DNA from: Rickettsia typhi
GTDB taxonomy: Bacteria; Pseudomonadota; Alphaproteobacteria; Rickettsiales; Deianiraeaceae
Direction: 5' to 3'
NCBI GenBank assembly: GCA_945876965.1
Contig: CAMCQG010000001.1
Coordinates: 11,138-75,137 of the forward strand
Length of the DNA: 64,000 nt
In this document: positions 1 to 8,073 of the stretch, piece by piece
How the letters are laid out: the number at the start of each line of letters is the position of its first letter
How positions within the stretch are numbered: the first letter of the stretch is position 1
The notes under the pieces: model-generated
Seen by the model: the letters and a program-made list of their open reading frames with translations, nothing else
Database searches by the model: none
Told to the model about the DNA's origin: nothing
Program-made: the position numbers and the translations under genes

Positions 1-397
1 ATTTTGCATTATTGCGAATTTTTTTACCAACCTTATCTAATCCACCAAAAACAACATAATTGCTAACACTATGCATAGTATATGCTTTAAAAATTGGTAC
101 ATATATTTTATGAAAGAATTTACCAAATAATATTATTTTATAAATTCCAAGCTTTTCCCACCAAGCAAAAAATTTTGGCACACCCCTAACTTTAAATGTT
201 TCCACCAAAAAATCTAATATAACTTTTGTATTGCTAGACCTAAAACATCTATCAATAATTCGTATTAAAGTCTCTTTATCATGTTCGTTCTGAAACAATA
301 AATTCATTTGTTTCATTTGTTTTTTTGTTGAATAATCAAGATATTTTTTTGATGACTCTCTCCATTTTGTTGCCAATTCTATTGCTTTATGTTCCAT
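1..397 (-). CDS. partial CDS (5' end only, continues past window start); possibly the N-terminal region of a PutA-type proline dehydrogenase/P5C dehydrogenase
   Basis: Absent from the ORF track because it runs off the edge. The ATG is the complement of 395-397 and I checked codon by codon that the frame stays open to base 2. Translation: MEHKAIELATKWRESSKKYLDYSTKKQMKQMNLLFQNEHDKETLIRIIDRCFRSSNTKVILDFLVETFKVRGVPKFF... The D-x-x-FR...G-x-P-x-FF stretch recalls the N-terminal arm of long PutA proteins (from memory, weak). Confidence 0.35.
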   Translation of the reverse strand, partial: MEHKAIELATKWRESSKKYLDYSTKKQMKQMNLLFQNEHDKETLIRIIDRCFRSSNTKVILDFLVETFKVRGVPKFFAWWEKLGIYKIILFGKFFHKIYVPIFKAYTMHSVSNYVVFGGLDKVGKKIRNNAK

Positions 398-448
398 ATC
401 TTTTTTATTTATTTATTAATAAAATATTTATATAAAAACAAAAAGCAA

Positions 449-685
449 TTAATATCTTATATTTAAAGAATATTTTTGTATTAAATAAAAATATTTTTTA
501 GGAATTAAATCTATATTAGTTAGCCATTTATAAATATCGGCATCATTTTCTAATAAAAATTTTTCATATAAATCAAGCTCTTCTTCTGTAAAGCTTGTTA
601 TATCAAATTTACTAAGCAAAATATCGTTTTCTTTACAACCACGATGTGAACTTTGATATTTTAATTGAGCAATTTTATTCTTCAT
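449..685 (-). CDS. sdhE: FAD assembly factor SdhE (succinate dehydrogenase assembly factor 2, DUF339)
   Basis: SSHRGCKENDILL carries the RGxxE signature and is followed by the typical acidic helix ...LLENDADIYKWL. I moved the start to the internal ATG at 685 (MKNKIAQLKYQ) because the longer ORF runs into the upstream gene. Confidence 0.7.
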   Translation of the reverse strand: MKNKIAQLKYQSSHRGCKENDILLSKFDITSFTEEELDLYEKFLLENDADIYKWLTNIDLIPKKYFYLIQKYSLNIRY

Positions 686-1742
686 CTTCAATAATAGGTT
701 TTGTAATAAATATAATTTTTTCACCAATTTTTACAGTTGAAGCAAGTACTTTATCGGTTGTTTGTGCCCAGCAAAAATTTTCACCATAATTATTTTCTAT
801 TATCGTGCCAAGTTTTATTTTATTAATTGATAATTCTTGTTCATTTGTTAATGGATTTGTTTCATAGATCTTGCGTTCTAAAATAACTTCATCACCGGGA
901 TTAATGCCATCATTTGATCCAAAACTTATTTTAAATAATGTAGGCTCATCTTCTTTATAATCAGATCTAGCAATAATATGCCCTATCGCAGGAATATACG
1001 ACGATATTTTATCCACAGAATTTTGAATCGCAATAATAATAGCTTTTTTCATCATAATTGGATCGTAATCTTTTGCTTTATTCATACCATTTAGCTCTCC
1101 GGATTCACTATCTTCAATTATGCCAGATAATGGAATTTTTGCAACTGATTCTGCGGTTGGCATTTTAATAACAGAAAGTGAGCCAGTAAATGCGACATTA
1201 TAATAATATTTACCAGAAATTGGATTCTGACTATTATCAAAATATATTCCTCTGCCTTTTGTTGCAATCGCAGCACCTACCATAACACCAATTTTTGCCG
1301 CAGAATAAGCCATTTTAGCGGCAGATCTATCGTCATATTCGCTAGAAAAAATAAGGCTATCCATTTTTATTAAAAACACATAATCTGCATCTTTATTTCC
1401 AATTACACTAGTTCCATTTTTTAATTCAGATAAAATAAGCTCTTCTTTAATATTTTTTAAAACTCCGCGATCTAAAATATCAGCTGTTTTTATTTTTTGT
1501 AATATATTTTCTAAGCTAGATGATGCAATTTGTTTTTGATTAAAATTTGCTATATTTACATTTGTCTGATCATCGGTTACAATTACAACTCTTACCCTCT
1601 CTAATAATTCATTTTTTGTTGGAAATGGCTCAACTTTATCAACAATTGTTGGCGTATAAAGTGCAAATTGTTTTATTTTGTTTCCATTGCACGACATTAA
1701 TAATATGCAAACAAATAAATAAGATAATAATTTCATATTCAT
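675..1742 (-). CDS. putative lipoprotein, function unknown
   Basis: 355-aa ORF. The N-terminus MNMKLLSYLFVCILLMSCNG looks like a signal peptide with a lipobox Cys. I recognised no catalytic motif. Confidence 0.5.
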   Translation of the reverse strand: MNMKLLSYLFVCILLMSCNGNKIKQFALYTPTIVDKVEPFPTKNELLERVRVVIVTDDQTNVNIANFNQKQIASSSLENILQKIKTADILDRGVLKNIKEELILSELKNGTSVIGNKDADYVFLIKMDSLIFSSEYDDRSAAKMAYSAAKIGVMVGAAIATKGRGIYFDNSQNPISGKYYYNVAFTGSLSVIKMPTAESVAKIPLSGIIEDSESGELNGMNKAKDYDPIMMKKAIIIAIQNSVDKISSYIPAIGHIIARSDYKEDEPTLFKISFGSNDGINPGDEVILERKIYETNPLTNEQELSINKIKLGTIIENNYGENFCWAQTTDKVLASTVKIGEKIIFITKPIIEDEE

Positions 1743-2344
1743 TCAAAAATTTTTAACAAATATTTTCTTTGTATTTCAACAAAAAAGGCATCATAAATTG
1801 CAAAAAATTGTTTTTGTGCCGTTTCCAAATCATCATTCATAATTATACAATCATAATCTTTTGCATTTTGAATTTCATAGAATGCTCGCTCATTTCTCTC
1901 TTTTATGTTATCAGCCGAATCTCCACGAAATTCTATTCTATTACATAATGCACCTATTGATGGCGGTAAAATAAAAATTGTTAAAACATTTGCTTTTCCT
2001 TTAAAAAAATCCTTAATTTTATGCATTCCGTTGCTATCAACATTAAAAATTAAATTATGTTGTGCAAGCTGTGCTTCAACCAATAATGATTGAGTGCCGT
2101 ATTTGTTTCCATAAATTTCTACCGCTTCCAAAAGCTGATTTTTTGCCATCATATCATCGTATTGTTCGGTTGTCACAAAATTATAATGCTGACCATTAAT
2201 TTCATAATCCCTTGGCAATCTTGTGGTTACAGAAACTGGATGACTAAAATTTTTATGTTCTTCTAAAAATCTACTACAAATTGTTGTCTTTCCTACCCCC
2301 GATGGACCAGAAACAATTAAAACAAATTTTTCTGAAATCATCAT
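1739..2344 (-). CDS. gmk: guanylate kinase
   Basis: P-loop GPSGVGKTT, TTRLPRDYEINGQHYNFV and a length of about 200 aa are typical of Gmk. It overlaps the downstream ORF by 4 nt. Confidence 0.9.
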   Translation of the reverse strand: MMISEKFVLIVSGPSGVGKTTICSRFLEEHKNFSHPVSVTTRLPRDYEINGQHYNFVTTEQYDDMMAKNQLLEAVEIYGNKYGTQSLLVEAQLAQHNLIFNVDSNGMHKIKDFFKGKANVLTIFILPPSIGALCNRIEFRGDSADNIKERNERAFYEIQNAKDYDCIIMNDDLETAQKQFFAIYDAFFVEIQRKYLLKIFE

Positions 2345-2350
2345 ATAATG

Positions 2351-2575
2351 TTATTGTAAGCATTTTTTTACAATTATAGTCAAGCGATCTTGGTATTTTT
2401 TAGATAAAACACCATTATTTTTTTTAACATCTACTTCCATATCTTTTATTTCTGCTTTTGTAAATTCTGTTTTCATTTCATTAGCCAAACAGCTTGGATC
2501 AATTGTTATATTCTTTGCATAGCAATTTGTTGAAAAGAACAACAATAAAGAATATAAAAGCAAGTATCTTTTCAT
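2351..2575 (-). CDS. small secreted protein, unknown function
   Basis: Internal start MKRYLLLYSLLLFFSTNCYAKN gives a signal peptide. The longer track ORF (to 2638) would run through the tRNA gene, so I trimmed it. Confidence 0.35.
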   Translation of the reverse strand: MKRYLLLYSLLLFFSTNCYAKNITIDPSCLANEMKTEFTKAEIKDMEVDVKKNNGVLSKKYQDRLTIIVKKCLQ

Positions 2576-2593
2576 ATTATAAAAAAATAAAAT

Positions 2594-2668
2594 TGGAGCG
2601 GGTGAAGGGACTCGAACCCACGACCCTAACCTTGGCAAGGTTATGCTCTACCACTGAGCTACACCCGC
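2594..2668 (-). tRNA. tRNA-Gly (anticodon GCC), 3' CCA encoded
   Basis: The reverse complement is GCGGGTGTAGCTCAGTGGTAGAGCATAACCTTGCCAAGGTTAGGGTCGTGGGTTCGAGTCCCTTCACCCGCTCCA. It folds into a cloverleaf with a 7-bp acceptor stem, a GCTC/GAGC D stem, a TAACC/GGTTA anticodon stem with loop TTGCCAA, and a TTCGAGT T loop. There is one U-U mismatch in the T stem. Confidence 0.9.
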
Positions 2669-2893
2669 TAACTAATATACACTAAAACATTATAATTATA
2701 ATATTCAACTTTTTTTTTAAAATTTTATCACTAAATAAATATTCAAAATATCTCTGTAATAAACAAGTTATCAATTTATTTCTTTATGGATATTTTGATA
2801 AAAAATATTTTTAATTTTATAAAAAAATTCAAGTTGTTTTTTAGAAAACATAATAAATAAAATTATAAATTATAAAATAGAAATTATTAAGAT

Positions 2894-3631
2894 ATGAAAA
2901 AAAACTTAATACAAACAATTATTTGGGATAAATATTTTGGAATAGATTTGCTTTCTGGGTCATTAACAACAGAAATTATTGCTGAAAAAAAAATAATCCC
3001 TGAGATAAAAAAAAATATTGAAAAAACTGATATTGATTTATCTAATGTAGAAAATTTAGATAACTTATACGACATAATAAATAAATTTGATGGATGTCAA
3101 AGTTTAAAATCTCAAAATAGCAAAACAGTTATTTATGATGGCGTAAAAACTGCCAAAATTATGTTAATTGGCGAGGCACCCGGCGAAGAAGAAGAAACAC
3201 AAGGTGTCCCATTTTGTGGGCAAAGCGGACAATTGCTTGATAAAGTTTTGGCAACAATAAATATTGAAAGAAAAACTAACCTATATATAACAAATTCAGT
3301 TTTTTGGAGACCGCCTGCAAATCGTAAGCCTACAACCGCCGAAATTGAAATTTGTAGGCCATTTTTAGAAAAGCAAATAGATTTAATAAAACCAAATTTG
3401 ATAATTCTGTGCGGTGCAACACCAGTATCTTCATTGATAAAATCAAAGGAATCATTAGGGGATTTGCGTCAAAAAATTATTGATTATACAACATTAAATG
3501 GAACAAAAACACAATGTGTCGCAATTTATCATCCAGCATTTTTGCTTAGAAACCCAATAGCAAAAAAATCTATGTGGTTTGATATGCTATTTATAAAAGA
3601 CCTGCTATTTGCTCAGCCGAATAACAAATAA
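2894..3631 (+). CDS. uracil-DNA glycosylase, family 4
   Basis: GEAPGEEEETQGVPFCGQSGQLL (the GEAPG...PF-G-x-x-G motif) and the C-terminal HPAFLLRNP motif. The exact start is uncertain. Confidence 0.8.
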   Translation: MKKNLIQTIIWDKYFGIDLLSGSLTTEIIAEKKIIPEIKKNIEKTDIDLSNVENLDNLYDIINKFDGCQSLKSQNSKTVIYDGVKTAKIMLIGEAPGEEEETQGVPFCGQSGQLLDKVLATINIERKTNLYITNSVFWRPPANRKPTTAEIEICRPFLEKQIDLIKPNLIILCGATPVSSLIKSKESLGDLRQKIIDYTTLNGTKTQCVAIYHPAFLLRNPIAKKSMWFDMLFIKDLLFAQPNNK

Positions 3632-4559
3632 TATTTTGAGCCCCGCTACGCTTTATTGCAATTAAATTTTCTATCATTATTTCTGTTGCATTTGGCATAG
3701 ATTGTATCATTTGATATTCTCCGCTAACTTGATAACCCCAAATTGGCGTTGGAAATAATCCTACAAGATCTTGAATTATGTCCAGATAAAATCCAGCAGG
3801 TTTTACAATTAAAATATCAGAACCTTCTGCAATATCAAGTTCTGCCTCAATTAATGCTTCTTTTTTGTTGCTAAAATCCATTTGATATGTTTTTTTGTTT
3901 ACTGGCCCTGTCAACTTTTCAACGCCTAAGGCTGCACGAAATGGTCCATATAAATTTGATGCATATTTTGTGGCATAAGAGGCTATTTTGGTATTTATTA
4001 ATCCATATTCTTCTAAGTTATTACGAATACTATCAACTCTTCCATCCATCATATCCGAAGGGCAAACAATATCAGCCCCAGCAACAGCCAAAATCTTAGC
4101 TTGCCTAGTTAAAATGCTAAGTGTTGTGTCGTTATCTATGTCTTTTCCATCTTTTGTTAAAATGCCATCATGTCCGTGAATTGTATACGGATCAAGTGCT
4201 ACATCTCCACAAATAATCATTTGCGGAACTTTATTTTTTATATCTTTTATCGCCCTACAAATTAAATTATCTGGATTAATCGCCTCAGGAGCATAATCGT
4301 TTTTTAATTTTGTATCAATACAAGGAAACAACAAAATAGCTCTTATTCCAAGCGAATAAAGATGCTCAACTTTTTTAACTAAATTATCAATTGATAATCT
4401 GCAATTATCGCCCAATCCTTCAATTTTTTGCTTTTTATTTTTACCTTCAACCACAAATAATGGTTGGATTAAATCCTTTGGTCTCAAACTAAATTCCTGC
4501 ATTAACTCTCTTATAGAACCGCTATTTCTTAGTCTGCGTGGCCTGTGTGTTATTATCAT
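3591..4559 (-). CDS. hemB: porphobilinogen synthase (delta-aminolevulinate dehydratase)
   Basis: N-terminus HRPRRLRNSGSIRELMQE...LIQPLFVVEG and the later IVKPAGFYLDII and SGEYQMI blocks are typical of HemB. Length 322 aa. Confidence 0.9.
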   Translation of the reverse strand: MIITHRPRRLRNSGSIRELMQEFSLRPKDLIQPLFVVEGKNKKQKIEGLGDNCRLSIDNLVKKVEHLYSLGIRAILLFPCIDTKLKNDYAPEAINPDNLICRAIKDIKNKVPQMIICGDVALDPYTIHGHDGILTKDGKDIDNDTTLSILTRQAKILAVAGADIVCPSDMMDGRVDSIRNNLEEYGLINTKIASYATKYASNLYGPFRAALGVEKLTGPVNKKTYQMDFSNKKEALIEAELDIAEGSDILIVKPAGFYLDIIQDLVGLFPTPIWGYQVSGEYQMIQSMPNATEIMIENLIAIKRSGAQNIICYSAEQIAGLL

Positions 4560-4646
4560 AATAATGTTCTAAAATTTTTTATAAAAAAAAATAATACATC
4601 AAATCAATTCTTTGTTATTACTTTAAATGCAAGATTTTTTAATTTT

Positions 4647-6116
4647 TCATAAAGATGTTATAGTTATATCGGTGCTATTTTCTCTTTGTAAAAATTTTTC
4701 TACTGCATTACCAGAAAAACCTGCCCTTCTCTCGCTTAGCTGTTTTTTCTTACAACAACATTTACTTTGCCTACAAGCTAAGCATAAACCAAGCATTGCA
4801 AGAGTTAGCGTGGCGATAGGAATCCTGGCCCAAAGAGGTAAAGGATTCATTTTAAATCTTGGTTCTTGTTTGTGCGATATTTTTTCATTGCTCAAAACTA
4901 CATCATCTGAAGCTAAATTTTTGTCAACAGAATGTGCATTGGGTTTAAGCTTTGATTCTTTTGCATATGGTAAATTGCTATACATAATATCTGAATGTAA
5001 ATTATTGCAATTATCAGTATTAAAAATCCTACCAGAACTATCTTTTTTTTCTTCTTCTTGGGTCTTATAAGTATCAAAAATGCATCCTCTATATTGATTT
5101 CGAGCAAGCGTTTTAATTCCATTAATTTGCTCATATCTAGCGTTATCTTCTTTTGATCCATTTTTTAAATATTCTATATTCTCTGTAAAATATTTTGGAT
5201 CAATTGGATATGCATAATCTTGTTTATAATACTTAAGGCAGTTAATTATATTGATTTTATCGCCAGTTCCTTCGTATTGCAATACTCCGTCTGCTACGGC
5301 TTTAAAAAGTAAATATTTTGTCAAATCATTTTCTTTAACAAAATTTATCAGTTTTTGGTTGTGCGGAGGTTTTGCATATTTATTTTGTATATCCGTAATA
5401 TCAAAAAATGTCAATCCTTTGTGCAAAGCATCTTCATATTCGTTATATATTGATTGAAGTTTTTGTACCTGATTTTGTGGTATATTTTGTATAATATTAT
5501 TGCTTGGATCTAGTACATATGCAATTGTTGGGCCGTTAACTGTATTAAAATCTTCATGGCAATACGACATAATAGAATTGCATTCGTAATCTTTTCCCCA
5601 AGACTCACTAGTTATTGTGCAGTCTTTTAGACTATTTTCTATTCCATTAAAATTATGAGCAAAACCTAGCCAATGAAGAACTTCGTGCATTTCAAAATTA
5701 TTAGCATGGGTTATGTTGTTGTTTGTATTATAGGTGATAGTGCCATCCCCTATATTCATATCTCCATAATATATTGCATTTTTACCTTTATATGGAATTA
5801 GCTTAGGATCATTTATAAAATCAATTTTTATCGCATTAAGATCTTGATTTTGATTTAATACAATCCCACCATTTGTGATTTTTTCCAATGTTGTTATTGT
5901 TTTAGCTAAATTATCCTTAGAATTTTTAACTAAATTATCATTTTCTATCGTATTATCTTTAAAGGTTGCATTGCCAATTTTTATTGGAATATTGCCGTTT
6001 TTATCAAATTTTATTTGTTTGAAGGTCGCCAACTTAAATAATAAATCTAAATAATTATCATCCGCCTTATTAAGAATATCCAACCTACTATCCCCCTCTT
6101 CTATTTTACCGCCCAT
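4647..6116 (-). CDS. metzincin-type zinc metalloprotease with a C-terminal membrane anchor
   Basis: HEVLHWLGFAH matches HExxHxxGxxH, with a downstream Met-turn-like SIMSY. No N-terminal signal peptide is seen. A hydrophobic segment PLPLWARIPIATLTLAMLGLCLA followed by CRQSKCCCKKK lies near the C-terminus. Confidence 0.6.
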   Translation of the reverse strand: MGGKIEEGDSRLDILNKADDNYLDLLFKLATFKQIKFDKNGNIPIKIGNATFKDNTIENDNLVKNSKDNLAKTITTLEKITNGGIVLNQNQDLNAIKIDFINDPKLIPYKGKNAIYYGDMNIGDGTITYNTNNNITHANNFEMHEVLHWLGFAHNFNGIENSLKDCTITSESWGKDYECNSIMSYCHEDFNTVNGPTIAYVLDPSNNIIQNIPQNQVQKLQSIYNEYEDALHKGLTFFDITDIQNKYAKPPHNQKLINFVKENDLTKYLLFKAVADGVLQYEGTGDKINIINCLKYYKQDYAYPIDPKYFTENIEYLKNGSKEDNARYEQINGIKTLARNQYRGCIFDTYKTQEEEKKDSSGRIFNTDNCNNLHSDIMYSNLPYAKESKLKPNAHSVDKNLASDDVVLSNEKISHKQEPRFKMNPLPLWARIPIATLTLAMLGLCLACRQSKCCCKKKQLSERRAGFSGNAVEKFLQRENSTDITITSL

Positions 6117-6145
6117 CCAATCGGATAATAATTTTGCATCTGCTT

Positions 6146-6811
6146 CTATTGAGCTATTTGTTTCTGATGCATACAGATAATTAGATCTAATATGCTGTAG
6201 ATTTGCATTGCCTGAATTTTTTTTAAAAACTCTAAATCGGCGCCTTCAAATTTATCTGTATTATTGGTTTTTTTATCGCCACAAACAATATTCAAATTAT
6301 TTTGCTGACCATTCAATGTGCTGTTATACAGATTTTGTCCGTTAAAATTTCCATTTGATATCCAATCGTTATAGACCTGAGAACCAAGACTGTTGTTGTG
6401 TGTGGCAACTGTTGTGGTGGATTGTGCTTTGGTTGGTATAGGGTTGCAATTTGCAGTTGCAAGAACACAAGATAAAATTAACATCATTATAATAATTTTA
6501 TTAGGAGCGACACCGCTATGATTTGTTTTAAAATATTCAGATAAACCTTGTATTTCGGTATTTTTATTATTAGCTGGGTTAATATTATAAACATTATGCA
6601 ATTCATTTTCACTCATTTGCAACATTGCTTTTGTAATAGAATCTATTGTTTTTAAGCTACCATCTGCATGAACTGCTTCAACCCATTTTTGAAATTTATC
6701 TTCATGCTTGGCTGTATTTAATTCAATTTTTTTCTGTATATCTCGTCTCTGTTTGTCGAATGTTTTGATTCGTGGAAAAGATTTTAAAAAATTATTATGA
6801 TTGTTTGGCAT
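6146..6811 (-). CDS. hypothetical membrane protein with an N/Q/T-rich C-terminal part
   Basis: 221-aa ORF with a central hydrophobic stretch KIIIMMLILSCVLATANC. No motif recognised. Confidence 0.35.
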   Translation of the reverse strand: MPNNHNNFLKSFPRIKTFDKQRRDIQKKIELNTAKHEDKFQKWVEAVHADGSLKTIDSITKAMLQMSENELHNVYNINPANNKNTEIQGLSEYFKTNHSGVAPNKIIIMMLILSCVLATANCNPIPTKAQSTTTVATHNNSLGSQVYNDWISNGNFNGQNLYNSTLNGQQNNLNIVCGDKKTNNTDKFEGADLEFLKKIQAMQIYSILDLIICMHQKQIAQ

Positions 6812-6860
6812 AGATTGGTAAATTAATATAATAACATAGTTTTAAATTTTACAAGGCAAT

Positions 6861-6960
6861 CAAGTTATAGAACCTATAACATACTGCATAACACCGCCAG
6901 CCTTATAATATTCTGCCTCATAAAATGTGTCAATTCTGCATTTTAAGTCAATGTTTTTGA
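6861..6960 (-). pseudogene. remnant of the acnA 3' end (orphan C-terminal fragment)
   Basis: The reverse complement reads ...VKNIDLKCRIDTFYEAEYYKAGGVMQYVIGSIT-stop. This is near-identical to the C-terminus of the intact acnA at 8057-8160, but there is no acnA body upstream. Confidence 0.75.
6876..6960. repeat. direct repeat, left copy (acnA 3'-end sequence)
   Basis: 85 bp matching 8076-8160 with 4 mismatches counted by eye. The offset is exactly 1200 bp. Confidence 0.9.
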
Positions 6961-7038
6961 CAAAATTATCATCTTGCATTGATTCCCTGATAGAAATATT
7001 TTTTCTAAGGATTAGTGTTTTGTGTATCGCTATCATAA

Positions 7039-8073
7039 TTAATGTGTTAAAATTTTGTTTAATTGTTTTACAAAATCTGTCGTATCTAAAAAATAATTTG
7101 GATATGCTTTTCTCAATTTTTTAATATCATCAATTTTAATTAAAACAATATCATTTTGAACTCCATTTAAAATACCTTGCTCGTGCATTTCATATGCTGT
7201 ATTTGCATCATCTTCTTTTTCAATTAATATATATCTTGTTTGATTATTTGCTATATCTATTATTAATAAAACAAATTTTAACTTTTTTAATTTATTTTCT
7301 TTAATCGTTTTACCGAGTTCACTAACAAATGCTATCTTTTCTTTTACTTTCAGCTCCTTTTCTTTTTTGATTATCAATCCCCTAATTTCTGCCTCTAATA
7401 AATTTTTATGAGCCTCTAAAACAGGTTGTTTTTCTTGCAACGCAAATGCTGAACTTACGAGTGCAAAAAAATCTAACCATTCTGGATCTTTGTTATCAAA
7501 TTTTAATGATTTGTTTAGTATTGTATCAACGGTTTCAACGGCTGTTGCCCAAATATGTTGCAATTCTGTTCTAAATTGAATTTCAATTTGTAGACCATCA
7601 TATAGTGGACTAGGATATTGTGTTTTATAAACTAAATGTATTCCACGATAACCTGTATCCTTTGGTTTTGTAATGTAATCAAGTTGTCTTTTTAAAATTT
7701 GTTTTGTTTTTTTATTTGCAAAAATACTAACCAAATATCTAACTTCTTCTACATTTTTTACAATTATTCTAAGTCCACCAATATCTTGCATATCAGATAA
7801 CTTGCCTTGGTATCTTACTGATGAAATTTTATTAAGAATTGTTGGCATTCTTTTTAATCTTTGAGTAACAATATAATCTTGGTTGATTCCTTTGTTTTCT
7901 TTTATACAACGATTTAAAGATACTTTAAATCGATTAATAACATGCGTATGCAATCTTCTCCAAGAGGCAATTTTATTAAAAGCATCTTTATTATTGTAAT
8001 CTGCTTTTAAAATTTGCCCAGCTTCGTTCAAATCTTTATTTGATATTCTTACCATATCAATCAATTTTACCAT
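7039..8073 (-). CDS. stand-alone RelA/SpoT-domain protein (small alarmone synthetase / toxSAS-like) with an uncharacterised ~130-aa C-terminal domain
   Basis: DIGGLRIIV...KPKDTGYRGIHLVY...LQIEIQFRTELQHIWATAVE is the nucleotidyltransferase core of (p)ppGpp-synthetase-fold proteins. No hydrolase (HD) domain and no TGS/ACT domains are present. The ATG at 8073 overlaps the acnA stop by 17 nt. Confidence 0.8.
   Translation of the reverse strand: MVKLIDMVRISNKDLNEAGQILKADYNNKDAFNKIASWRRLHTHVINRFKVSLNRCIKENKGINQDYIVTQRLKRMPTILNKISSVRYQGKLSDMQDIGGLRIIVKNVEEVRYLVSIFANKKTKQILKRQLDYITKPKDTGYRGIHLVYKTQYPSPLYDGLQIEIQFRTELQHIWATAVETVDTILNKSLKFDNKDPEWLDFFALVSSAFALQEKQPVLEAHKNLLEAEIRGLIIKKEKELKVKEKIAFVSELGKTIKENKLKKLKFVLLIIDIANNQTRYILIEKEDDANTAYEMHEQGILNGVQNDIVLIKIDDIKKLRKAYPNYFLDTTDFVKQLNKILTH

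Noticed and set aside
2594-2668. The tRNA-Gly might be a pseudogene because of a U-U mismatch in the T stem.
   Set aside because: The acceptor, D and anticodon stems, the T loop TTCGAGT and the CCA end are all intact. A single mismatch is tolerable.
2351-2685. Track ORFs 2351-2638 (minus) and 2494-2685 (plus) cover the tRNA locus.
   Set aside because: Both read through the tRNA-Gly gene at 2594-2668. Only the part downstream of the internal ATG at 2575 is plausible as a CDS, and the plus-strand ORF is discarded.
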